Under the pieces are notes generated by a model, which was not told the DNA's origin, did no database searches, and saw only the letters and a program-made list of their open reading frames with translations. Position numbers and translations under genes: made by a program. Of a stretch of DNA of 64,000 nucleotides, positions 42,725 to 55,295 are shown piece after piece. Each line of letters starts with the position of its first letter. The stretch's first letter is position 1. Location of the stretch: NCBI GenBank assembly GCA_021806605.1, contig JAJZQY010000002.1:26900-90899 (forward strand), in the 5' to 3' direction. Source of the DNA: Pseudomonadota bacterium. Lineage in GTDB: Bacteria > Pseudomonadota > Gammaproteobacteria > Burkholderiales > JABEVD01.

Positions 42725-43510
42725 ATGGATTTGACGCGTCGAGATATGTTGGGCATCGTGGCAAAAACTGGCCTCGCAGGCGTAGCTTTGGGAAGCGGCA
42801 TTGCCCAGGCAGCGGAAGCCCCTCTTTCTTCTTTGGAGCCGGATGGCGCGAAGACGCTGAAGGAATTGACGAAGGCTCTCGCAAAGGCGCCTCGCCGCCG
42901 GGACTTCAAGGAAGTGCCCATGATCCTGACCAAGGAAGATGAATGGGATCATGAAGCCCTGACCATCCTCATGAAGTACAAGGGCAAGGTCAAGCAGGTT
43001 TGGGACAATACGGACATCTCGGGCCCCTGGCTCAATCTCATGAGAAACTCAATGAATGCCCAGATCTGGTCATTCAAGCATCCCGACTTCCTATGCGTTT
43101 CGGCGACCCATGGCCCCGCTCATCTGGCGCTCTACGATCAATATCTCTGGGACAAGTACCAGCTTTCCAAGCTGACCGGAGACAAATTCAAGGAAAACAC
43201 CTTCCTGAAAGTGCCTGCGGCAGCGCACGCTGACCCGAAAAACTTCGAGGACGAGGAAGGCGTGTTTTCACCTGCAGATAATTCCATAGCCTCCCTACAG
43301 GCAAGGGGTGCGGTTTTTCTGGCCTGCCACAATGCGATTTTCGAGATTTCGCACATGCTGAACAAGAAGGGCGTCAACCCTGACAAACTCAGTGTGCCGC
43401 AAATGGTTGCCGAATTCACCAATCACCTGATTCCGGGCGTGATCCTCACCCCAGGGATCGTGGCCACCTTGCCGGAACTCGGCGTGCATGGCTTCCAGTA
43501 TGCGAAATAA
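42725..43510 (+). CDS. Tat-exported protein resembling Acidithiobacillus-type thiosulfate dehydrogenase Tsd (DsrE-like C-terminal motif)
   Basis: TRRDML Tat signal, PRRRDFKEVPMIL, CVSATHG, RGAVFLACHNAI; no CxxCH; RBS AAGGAG. Confidence 0.65.
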   Translation: MDLTRRDMLGIVAKTGLAGVALGSGIAQAAEAPLSSLEPDGAKTLKELTKALAKAPRRRDFKEVPMILTKEDEWDHEALTILMKYKGKVKQVWDNTDISGPWLNLMRNSMNAQIWSFKHPDFLCVSATHGPAHLALYDQYLWDKYQLSKLTGDKFKENTFLKVPAAAHADPKNFEDEEGVFSPADNSIASLQARGAVFLACHNAIFEISHMLNKKGVNPDKLSVPQMVAEFTNHLIPGVILTPGIVATLPELGVHGFQYAK

Positions 43511-43520
43511 AGGAAACCAC

Positions 43521-44468
43521 ATGAACAAAAAGCTGATTTCATCGCTCATGGGGCTGGGGTGCATTCTGGCGACGGCACAGGCCGTCGCGGATGTTTACCC
43601 GCCATGGAGCGAAGGAAGAAACAACCCGGTCACCGAAAGAGGCCTGGAATTCACCGTTCCGGAAGTCGACAATCTGCCGGATTTCCACGGCAACCCCATG
43701 GATGCCAAGCTGTCGGTTTTCGTCGGCGGAAACTATTATTTCGCCATGGCGCCGCTAGTCGCAGAATTCGAAAAGGAACATCCTGAGTACAAGGGCAAGA
43801 TTTACTACGAAACCATCCCTCCCGGCTTGCTTGCTACCCAGATTGAAAAAGGCGGCACCATCACGGTCGGAAACATGACCTGGACGGTGAAGGCGGATGT
43901 TTATGCCGCAGGCATGAAGCGCGTCAAGCAGATGGTGGACAAGGGTTATGTGAAGGCGGTCGAGCCTTATGCGACCAATGATCTCACCATCATGGTACCG
44001 AAAGGCAATCCCGGCCACATCACCTCGCTGAAGGATCTCGGCAAACCCGGCGTCAAGCTCGTCATGCCCAATCCCGCATTCGAAGGCATCGCACGGCAAA
44101 TCAAGGCAGCGCTGAAGAAGGCTGGTGGAGATGAACTGGTGAAAGCCGTTTATGAATCGAAAGTGAGGAACGGCGAAACTATCCTTACCCACATCCATCA
44201 CCGCCAGAGTCCGATGTTCCTGATGCAAGGAAAGGCAGTTGCCGGCGTGACATGGGGCTCGGAAGCCGTTTTCCAGGAAAGACATGCTGGAAACCCCATC
44301 TCGTTCGTGAAGATTGCGCCCGAGCATAACTCGACCGCAATCTATGCGGCAGGGGTGCTCAAGGATGCGCCCAATCCTGAAGCGGCAAAAGCCTGGGTGG
44401 AATTCCTGAAATCCTCCAAGGCACTGGCGATTTTCCAACAATACGGCTTCAAGCCTTATCGCCCGTAA
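43521..44468 (+). CDS. ModA/PBP2-like periplasmic oxyanion-binding protein
   Basis: Signal peptide, NDLTIMVPKGNP, MPNPAFEG, EAAKAWVEFLKS...QYGF; no permease or ATPase nearby. Confidence 0.8.
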   Translation: MNKKLISSLMGLGCILATAQAVADVYPPWSEGRNNPVTERGLEFTVPEVDNLPDFHGNPMDAKLSVFVGGNYYFAMAPLVAEFEKEHPEYKGKIYYETIPPGLLATQIEKGGTITVGNMTWTVKADVYAAGMKRVKQMVDKGYVKAVEPYATNDLTIMVPKGNPGHITSLKDLGKPGVKLVMPNPAFEGIARQIKAALKKAGGDELVKAVYESKVRNGETILTHIHHRQSPMFLMQGKAVAGVTWGSEAVFQERHAGNPISFVKIAPEHNSTAIYAAGVLKDAPNPEAAKAWVEFLKSSKALAIFQQYGFKPYRP

Positions 44469-44470
44469 AG

Positions 44471-44506
44471 ATGCTTCGGCCGCTCTCGACCAGAGCGGCC
44501 GAGCAT
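44471..44506 (+). repeat. Strong intercistronic stem-loop
   Basis: ATGC(T)TCGGCCGCTCT-CGACC-AGAGCGGCCGAGCAT. Confidence 0.7.
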
Positions 44507-44629
44507 GTTCATTTGAACACTATCTCTCGGGATCGAAGCCGGTATCCCGTCCAATTTGAAATGGCTCGAGCCAGAGCTCTTTTTGCATATTTTGAGGCCT
44601 ATTTGGTCGAAACAAGATGGAGTGAATAC

Positions 44630-46666
44630 ATGAAGTTGGGAATAGCCTCGCTGAAGTTGTTGGGTGCCGCATTGGCGACAATGGTTGCAAGCTCCGCGCT
44701 GGCTGCAGCGCCTTCATCCAATGATCTGGTCAAGCAGGGCGAATACCTGGCACATCTGGGCGACTGCGTCGCCTGCCATACCGCGCCTGGCGGCAAGCCG
44801 CTGGCTGGCGGCCTGGAAATGAAAACGCCGTTCGGCGTCATCCATTCCACCAATATCACACCCGACAAGGTAGATGGCATCGGCGCCTATACTTTCGAAG
44901 AATTCGACCGCGCGATGCGCCGCGGCGTTGCACGGGATGGACACAATCTTTATCCCGCCATGCCTTATCCTTCATTCGCCAAAATCGCCCAGAACGACAT
45001 GAGAGCCCTTTACGCCTACCTCATGCAAGGCGTCGAACCGGTTGCTCAGCCCAACAAGCCCAATGCCATGAAGTTTCCCTTCAACATTCGCCTGGGGCTC
45101 GCAGGCTGGAACATGGTGTTCCTGGATAATCAGCCCTTCCGTTACGATCCTTCGCACACCCCGCAGTGGAATCGCGGCGCATATATTGTAGAGGGACTGG
45201 GTCACTGCGGCTCCTGCCATACTCCGCGCGGCATCGGTTTCCAGGAAAAGGCCATGAGCGACTCGGGCAGCGACGGCAAGGAGTTCCTGGCAGGCGCAGC
45301 CGTCGAGCACTGGCGCGCCGTCAATCTGCGCAATATCTGGACCGGCCCTGAAATCGCCCAGTTTCTGAAGACCGGTGAAAATGGCCGCGGAACGGCCTAC
45401 GGCGGCATGGCCGAAGTGGTCCATTTCAGCTCGCAGCATTTCACCCAAGGCGACCTCGCCGCGATCGGCGAGTACATCCACGCGCTTTCGCCCAATTCGA
45501 ATGAGCGGCCGGATCGTGATGCCGTGTCGGTGGATGTCGCTCAAACCAACAAGGAGATCTATGCAACCCGCGGCGGCCTCGGTTACGTGCAGTTCTGCGC
45601 AACTTGCCATCAGATGGACGGCAAGGGTGCGACACGCTTTTTCCCGCCGCTCGCCGGCAATACTTCTATTCAGGCCAAGGACCCCGCATCCCTCATCCAC
45701 GTCATGCTGACGGGCTCCGCCTCGCCCCTGACCGCCTCCTCACCGCACGCCTTCGCGATGCCCTCCTATTCCGTGCTGAATGACCAGGAAGTCGCGGAAA
45801 TAGCGACTTTCGTCCGGACCCATTGGGGCAACAAGGGCAGTCCGGTGACTGCCGAACAGATTCACAAGATGAGGAAGGCGCTGGAAATGAAAAAGGCGGC
45901 TCCGCCTAAATTCAATCCGCCGCGCTATGCAGACATGCTGAAAAGCGCCAACGCAGCCGAGCTGATTTACGGCATGCGTCTGATGCGCGACACCAAGCGA
46001 CTGCTGCCGAACTATGTGGGCGATGGGCTGAACTGCGACAGCTGCCATATCAATGGCGGAACGATGGCGCTTGGCTCTCCTTATGTCGGTGTGGCGGCCC
46101 AGTTTCCCAGCTACAATCCCCGCGCCGGGCGCATCATCGACTTCAAGGACCGCGTCAACGGCTGCATGCTGCGCTCGATGGCAGGCAACCCGCTTGACAA
46201 GAATTCCAAGGAAATGAACGCTATGATCGCCTACATGGATTGGATGCGCAATGGCTATCAGATGAAGCAGAAGATTCCCGGGCGCGGGATCGGCAAGATC
46301 AGCAAAAGCATCGTGCCGAACGCGGCGAATGGCAAGGAAGTCTACAATCATTCCTGCGCCGTTTGCCACGGAAAACAGGGCGAAGGCATCAAGCGCGCCG
46401 ATGGCAGCTACCTGTTCCCGCCGCTGTGGGGCAACGACTCGTACAATATCGGCGCAGGGATTGCCAAGACCTACACGGCAGCCGCGTTCGCCAAGAATGT
46501 CATGCCGCTCTCGAATACCTTCTCCTTTCCGATTGGCCAGGGTGGCCTGACGGATCAGCAGGCGGTGGACGTCGGCGAATATTTCAGCCACATGCCAAGG
46601 CGCGATTTCCCGGCCAAGGTCCATGACTGGCCCAAAGGCGGCAAGCCGAGCGACTCGCGCTATTGA
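44630..46666 (+). CDS. Pentaheme cytochrome c: ADH/GADH-type triheme domain fused to a TsdA thiosulfate dehydrogenase domain
   Basis: CVACH, CGSCH, CATCH with STNITPD and YPAMPY; then CDSCH, RVNGCMLRSM, CAVCH, PPLWGNDSYNIGAG, NVMP. Confidence 0.85.
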   Translation: MKLGIASLKLLGAALATMVASSALAAAPSSNDLVKQGEYLAHLGDCVACHTAPGGKPLAGGLEMKTPFGVIHSTNITPDKVDGIGAYTFEEFDRAMRRGVARDGHNLYPAMPYPSFAKIAQNDMRALYAYLMQGVEPVAQPNKPNAMKFPFNIRLGLAGWNMVFLDNQPFRYDPSHTPQWNRGAYIVEGLGHCGSCHTPRGIGFQEKAMSDSGSDGKEFLAGAAVEHWRAVNLRNIWTGPEIAQFLKTGENGRGTAYGGMAEVVHFSSQHFTQGDLAAIGEYIHALSPNSNERPDRDAVSVDVAQTNKEIYATRGGLGYVQFCATCHQMDGKGATRFFPPLAGNTSIQAKDPASLIHVMLTGSASPLTASSPHAFAMPSYSVLNDQEVAEIATFVRTHWGNKGSPVTAEQIHKMRKALEMKKAAPPKFNPPRYADMLKSANAAELIYGMRLMRDTKRLLPNYVGDGLNCDSCHINGGTMALGSPYVGVAAQFPSYNPRAGRIIDFKDRVNGCMLRSMAGNPLDKNSKEMNAMIAYMDWMRNGYQMKQKIPGRGIGKISKSIVPNAANGKEVYNHSCAVCHGKQGEGIKRADGSYLFPPLWGNDSYNIGAGIAKTYTAAAFAKNVMPLSNTFSFPIGQGGLTDQQAVDVGEYFSHMPRRDFPAKVHDWPKGGKPSDSRY

Positions 46667-46701
46667 TACGGGCAAAGACTCATTCAAGCCTGTCAAAATG
46701 A

Positions 46702-46738
46702 AGCGCTCCTCTCCGCTTCCGGGAGGGGCGTCTTTCTT
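46702..46738 (+). terminator. Probable terminator of the sulfur operon
   Basis: CGCTCCTCTCC...GGGAGGGGCG followed by TCTTTCTT. Confidence 0.55.
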
Positions 46739-46798
46739 CATGCTGTCATCATGGATGATATACAATGAATCAGCCAGTCACAGCGGGAGGTTCAAGCC

Positions 46799-47146
46799 AT
46801 GTATGCAGTTGATCGTAGCGTCGCCATCGTCAAGCCCCGGGAGCCTTTCCTGGAATGGATCAAGGCACTGCCCGGCGCGGAAATCGACATCACCCTGGAG
46901 CAGCTGAGGACGGATTCCACAGTCTATCTCATTCCTGATTTCGACGAGATCGAGGATGCGCTGGCCGCGATAGATCATATCTACGGCAATATCTTCGAAG
47001 CCGAGCTTTCCGAATGGTCGGAGGAAGAAAACACCTGGCCGGCAGACAGGACACTCAAGCTTTTCTGGAAGTGGTTTGACGTTACCCTGCATTCCATCGT
47101 CATCGACGCAGCCGAAGACATCGCAGGAGAAATCACGATCAACTGA
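46799..47146 (+). CDS. Conserved hypothetical acidic protein
   Basis: RBS GGAGG; [17 protein letters not shown]...IFEAELSEW...WPADRT...WF. Confidence 0.75.
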   Translation: MYAVDRSVAIVKPREPFLEWIKALPGAEIDITLEQLRTDSTVYLIPDFDEIEDALAAIDHIYGNIFEAELSEWSEEENTWPADRTLKLFWKWFDVTLHSIVIDAAEDIAGEITIN

Positions 47147-47208
47147 AGTCGAATGGCAAAATCCATCCTGTTTACTACAATGGGTTCAAACAGCATGGAG
47201 ACTCAGCT

Positions 47209-47661
47209 ATGAAACTGATGAATAAGCTTGCCGCTTCGATTCTGGTCGCATCCCTCGCATCCTGCAGCAACCAGCCTTCCAAGCAGGACGTTGGCACCGT
47301 CACCGGCGGGGTGCTCGGAGGCGTTCTGGGGTCACAGGTGGGCAAGGGAACCGGACGGGATGTCGCCATCATAGCCGGGGCGTTGGCGGGGGCCTATCTC
47401 GGCAGCGCGATAGGAAAATCCATGGACGAGACGGACCGTCTGAAGACGGCACAAGCCATGGAAAGCAACCCGACAGGAAGAGCCACGAGCTGGCGAAATC
47501 CGGACACGGGGAACACCTATACCGTGATGCCGACAAAGACCTATGAGACGGAGACAGGTCCCTGCCGGGATTTCACGACGAAAGCCATCATCGGCGGCAA
47601 GCAGGAAACCATTTACGGCACAGCCTGCAGGCAGGCTGATGGAAGCTGGAAGACGAAGTGA
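47209..47661 (+). CDS. Glycine-zipper lipoprotein (17-kDa surface antigen family)
   Basis: Lipobox [28 protein letters not shown]...ACRQADGSW. Confidence 0.85.
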   Translation: MKLMNKLAASILVASLASCSNQPSKQDVGTVTGGVLGGVLGSQVGKGTGRDVAIIAGALAGAYLGSAIGKSMDETDRLKTAQAMESNPTGRATSWRNPDTGNTYTVMPTKTYETETGPCRDFTTKAIIGGKQETIYGTACRQADGSWKTK

Positions 47662-47662
47662 A

Positions 47663-48070
47663 TCAGACTTTCCAGCGCAGCCAGACGCGAAGTTGCCTGA
47701 ACTCTTCCCTGTCGATTGCATCAGGCAGAATGACCACCGATTTCATCAGGCGCTTCCCCTCCTCCTTCAGGTTAAGGACGGTCAGATAAGGGGAAACGTA
47801 GCTGCTGCCGTGAAAGGCGCAGATTTTTTCGCTGCCGCCGCGCATGGAAAACATGCAGGACTTTTCTTCAAGCTTGAGGGAAACGATGGAGTCGGGAAGC
47901 TGGATGAGCGCATAACGCAGGATCGAATAAGCCATGCTGAATGCGAGAAGCATGACAAGGGGAAGTCTTGCTGAAATTGGAAGCACGAGAATCAGGGAAA
48001 TCGCGCCAAGATGGGCTGCTGCGAGTATGGCGGCAAGGCTGATCGAAGGCCTGAGGGAAATCGGGATCAT
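47663..48070 (-). CDS. YgfX/CptA-like membrane protein
   Basis: LRPS...AAHLG, two TM helices, C-terminal ILPDAIDREEFRQLRVWLRW. Confidence 0.75.
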   Translation of the reverse strand: MIPISLRPSISLAAILAAAHLGAISLILVLPISARLPLVMLLAFSMAYSILRYALIQLPDSIVSLKLEEKSCMFSMRGGSEKICAFHGSSYVSPYLTVLNLKEEGKRLMKSVVILPDAIDREEFRQLRVWLRWKV

Positions 48071-48360
48071 TTTTCCTTCTGCTGGGGAGAAGATTTGATC
48101 ACCTGGAAAAAAATCTCGTCGTCCTTCACCATGCCCAGCTTGCTCCTTGCGCGCTCTTCGATCGCGGCATAACCCTGCTTAAGATCTTTCACGTCAGCAT
48201 CGATCGCTGCATTTCTTTCCTGCATTTTCTGGTTTGCTTGCTGCTGTGCCCTGATCTGCCTGTCCATATCCCGGACCTGAAGCCACCCTCCCTTGCCCAG
48301 CCAAAGCGAATATTGTACCAAGGCGATCAGGGAGAGCAGAATCAGGAGCAGGATTCGCAT
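48067..48360 (-). CDS. ftsB: Cell division protein FtsB
   Basis: QYSLWLGKGG, coiled coil, IEERARSKLGMVKDDEIF. Confidence 0.95.
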   Translation of the reverse strand: MRILLLILLSLIALVQYSLWLGKGGWLQVRDMDRQIRAQQQANQKMQERNAAIDADVKDLKQGYAAIEERARSKLGMVKDDEIFFQVIKSSPQQKEK

Positions 48361-52198
<3,838 letters not shown>

Positions 52199-53068
52199 CT
52201 ACCTGTTGCGCGCTTCGTCAACCTCGCTGCAGAAAAGCTGCGCGCCCTGCAAAATCCGTGGCCCGGGCCTGCTGATGAGATCGGCAGGAATGAAAAAAAG
52301 ATTATCTTTCCTGGATGCGGCGATGTTCCACTTTTTCCAGTCCAGCAGCCAGGGAGGCGGCCTGCTCCCCTCCCCGCTTGCGATGATGGCTTCCGGATCT
52401 GCCTGCAATACCGATTCGAAATCCAGGGTGGGGGTCAGAATAGGCAATTGCCCAAAAACGTTTCTTGCGCCGCAAAGCAGCATCACGTCAGAAATGATAT
52501 GTTCGTGATTGACCGTCATCAGCGGAACTGGCCATATTTCATAGAAAACCGAAACTGGCTTCTTGCCGGAATAGCGACTACGCAAGCGCTCCATTTGCTT
52601 CCTGAATGAGGCTGCCGAAAGCGCTGCAGCTTTTGCGCTTCCAGCGAGTATCCCGAGCCTTTCGATATCCAGGGGAATGTCCGAAAGGTGCCTGGGCTCG
52701 GCGTAATAAATCGGGATGCCGAGCTTTTCAAGCTGCGCGATCTGCCCCGACGAATTGCCGCTTTTCCAGGCCACGACGAGATCCGGCTGAAGAGATGCAA
52801 TTTTCTCGATGTCGAGCGCCCCGGCCCCGCCTACTCTGGCGATCTTCAGGGCCGAGGCGGGGTAATCGCTGTAGTCGACCACCCCAACCAGCCTTTCTCC
52901 GGCTCCTGCAGCATAAAGCAGCTCGGTGATGCTCGGTGCGAGGCTGACGATCCGCCTGGCCGGCTTGTCCAATGAAACCACAAGCCCCTGGTCATCCTTT
53001 TCCAGGATGCCTCCTCGCGCCGAAATCGGCACAAGGATGCAGCACAGCATGAGGAGCAAGCGAATCAT
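52199..53068 (-). CDS. btuF: Cobalamin-binding periplasmic protein BtuF-like
   Basis: RIVSLAPSITELLYAAGAG, SDYP, PDLVVAW, RPGPR; downstream of btuB. Confidence 0.8.
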   Translation of the reverse strand: MIRLLLMLCCILVPISARGGILEKDDQGLVVSLDKPARRIVSLAPSITELLYAAGAGERLVGVVDYSDYPASALKIARVGGAGALDIEKIASLQPDLVVAWKSGNSSGQIAQLEKLGIPIYYAEPRHLSDIPLDIERLGILAGSAKAAALSAASFRKQMERLRSRYSGKKPVSVFYEIWPVPLMTVNHEHIISDVMLLCGARNVFGQLPILTPTLDFESVLQADPEAIIASGEGSRPPPWLLDWKKWNIAASRKDNLFFIPADLISRPGPRILQGAQLFCSEVDEARNR

Positions 53069-53072
53069 GGCT

Positions 53073-54914
53073 TCAGGGTTGGTAATTCACGCTTGCAAAG
53101 ACAGTTCTGCCGTAGGTATTGTACGGATAGACCAGCATATAGTTCTGATTGAACAGGTTGCTGATGCGGGCATTGACGTTCCAGTGCTTTGTCCAGGCAT
53201 AGTTGGCAGTCAGGTTGACCAGATTGTAGCTTTGCAGCGTGATGGGCACTGCGGGATAAACAATCGAGTTCGAGGCATCGCGAGAACCGCTGTGCTGCCA
53301 CTGCCCGCCCAACTGCAATTTTCCGTATTGCTGCGTCGCGCCCAGAGTCGAGTAGAACTTGGCTCTGAGCGGCAGAGTCTGACCGGTCAGGGCATCTCTC
53401 GGATTCTGGGCTGTCAGTGAGGCAGTCAGCCCCGTGTCGCCGAATTTTCCATCATAACTCAACTCCTCGCCATCTATCTTGGCCTGATTGATGTTCACCA
53501 TGGTGGTTCCGGCGGCATTGCTGGTGATCAGGTTGTTGATATTGTTGTTGAAGTAGATGAAATCCACTTTCTGGCTGCCCCGATCATAATGGAGTCCCGC
53601 TTCCGCATTGCGCGAGCGTTCGGGCTGCAGATTCGGGTTTCCCTGGTAACCAAAAGTCAATGGGTAATAGAGATCATTGAAAGTGGGGGCCTTGAATGCA
53701 GTCGAATAATTGACCGTGGCGCGCCATGCGCTGGTGAAGCGGTATCCATAGCCCAGAAGCCAGGTATTGGCCGCGCCGAAGTCGGAATAATCATCCTGCC
53801 TGAGATTGGCTTGAACCTGATTTGCCCCATAGTTTCCATCGTAGCCTGCAAAAAGACTGTTCACGTTGCGCCTCGTTTGCGTGAAGAGCGTGGTGGACGA
53901 AACCAGCTGGTCGAGTTTTTCCGCACCAATCAGGAGCTTGCTCTCCGGATTGAGCGTGACTGTATTCTGCCAGGAAGCCTGCTGGTTGTCGGTCTGATAC
54001 AGATCGCTCTGTGTCCCGTTCAGGAAATCCCGCTCATTGTCCTTGCCATCGGCAAGCATCAGTCGGCTGTTCCAGTCGGAAGTGATGCTGTCCTCTTCGA
54101 CAAGGGACAGTTTCTGTATGGATGAGATATTGTTGTAGGCATCTGTCGGAGAAGCGGCAAATGCGTTGGCGTAGGCATTGTTGCCGCGGCTTTGAAAGCC
54201 CGAAAAGGATAGCTTGTGGTCTTCATTGAAACGGTGACTCACATTCGCAGACAGCGAAACGTTGGAATAGCCATCTGCAGCGGGATTCGCAAGCGGCGCC
54301 AGGGCCGTATTGACGGCAGGAATTCCGTCGGTTGCATACTTGGATGCCTGGATCTGGAACTGGTTGTTTCCAACCACGCCCCCGAATCCGGACGAAAGCT
54401 GCCTAGAATTGTAGGATCCATAGCCAGAACTGAAGTTGAAGCTCGGTTTTCCAGCCCCTTTCTTGGTGAATATCTGGATCACCCCGCCTATTGCAGACGA
54501 GCCATAAAGGCTGCTGGCATTGCCTCTCACCACTTCGATATGATCGATCTGATCGAGCATCAATTGATCGACTTCGGAAGTTCCGGCCGTTGCCGAATCG
54601 ATGCGAACGCCGTCGAGCAGCACGAGCACATGATCGGAATTGGTGCCCCGCATGAATATGCTGCTCTGCTTGCCGATGCCGCCACTTTGCGTGACTTCAA
54701 CACCTGCAAGGTTGCGAAGCAGGGTGAGCACGTCAGGCGCACCGGATGAGCGGATGTCCTGCTGGGAAATGACCGATATGTCTTCAAGCGACTGGTCGAT
54801 GGGCTGAGCAATTCTGGATGCTGTGACGACGACCTCGCTGCCGTCGAACAATGAATTGTCGTCGGCCCAGACTGGCAGGGAAAGGAAGGGGTAAAACAGG
54901 AAAAGGCGCTTCAT
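53073..54914 (-). CDS. btuB: TonB-dependent cobalamin receptor
   Basis: EVVVTASR TonB box, RGTNSDHVLVLLDG, IEVVRGNASSLYGS; B12 riboswitch upstream. Confidence 0.88.
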   Translation of the reverse strand: MKRLFLFYPFLSLPVWADDNSLFDGSEVVVTASRIAQPIDQSLEDISVISQQDIRSSGAPDVLTLLRNLAGVEVTQSGGIGKQSSIFMRGTNSDHVLVLLDGVRIDSATAGTSEVDQLMLDQIDHIEVVRGNASSLYGSSAIGGVIQIFTKKGAGKPSFNFSSGYGSYNSRQLSSGFGGVVGNNQFQIQASKYATDGIPAVNTALAPLANPAADGYSNVSLSANVSHRFNEDHKLSFSGFQSRGNNAYANAFAASPTDAYNNISSIQKLSLVEEDSITSDWNSRLMLADGKDNERDFLNGTQSDLYQTDNQQASWQNTVTLNPESKLLIGAEKLDQLVSSTTLFTQTRRNVNSLFAGYDGNYGANQVQANLRQDDYSDFGAANTWLLGYGYRFTSAWRATVNYSTAFKAPTFNDLYYPLTFGYQGNPNLQPERSRNAEAGLHYDRGSQKVDFIYFNNNINNLITSNAAGTTMVNINQAKIDGEELSYDGKFGDTGLTASLTAQNPRDALTGQTLPLRAKFYSTLGATQQYGKLQLGGQWQHSGSRDASNSIVYPAVPITLQSYNLVNLTANYAWTKHWNVNARISNLFNQNYMLVYPYNTYGRTVFASVNYQP

Positions 54915-55044
54915 ATCGGTCTCCGAGCCGCATGCGACCCCGCATGCGGAATTCAAGTATGGACATCTCGGGAGCAACGACAGGAGAACGCATATCCGAA
55001 AGGTATGGGCACCGGCCTGCCGCATCCCCGCGACATCCTCGCAA

Positions 55045-55215
55045 TGTTCCAGGCCGGTCTCCGGGCTCGAGAAAAACCATCGCCTTCCCATGAAATGATT
55101 CACAGTGGCAGCATGAGGGTTCACGCTTCTCTTACCGTTGCGGGGGCAGCACAGGCATTTCACCTGTTTCCCGTTTCACCCGGCTTCATGACGAAGCCGG
55201 ACACCTGAAGCGCTC
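55045..55215 (-). ncRNA. Cobalamin riboswitch
   Basis: Minus strand: AGGTG...GAAACGGGAA..GGTG..AATGCC..GCTGCCCCCGCAACGGT..GCCACTG..GGGAAGGC..AGCCCGGAGACCGGCC. Confidence 0.93.
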
Positions 55216-55238
55216 GAATGATATCAGATCGATGGACG

Positions 55239-55272
55239 AAAAAAAACCCGCCACCTTTCACAGGCGGCGGGT
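55239..55272 (-). terminator. Rho-independent terminator of the act operon
   Basis: ACCCGCCGCCT-GTGAA-AGGTGGCGGG followed by a T run. Confidence 0.85.
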
Positions 55273-55295
55273 GTTGGATCCATGACTTTCCGGTA

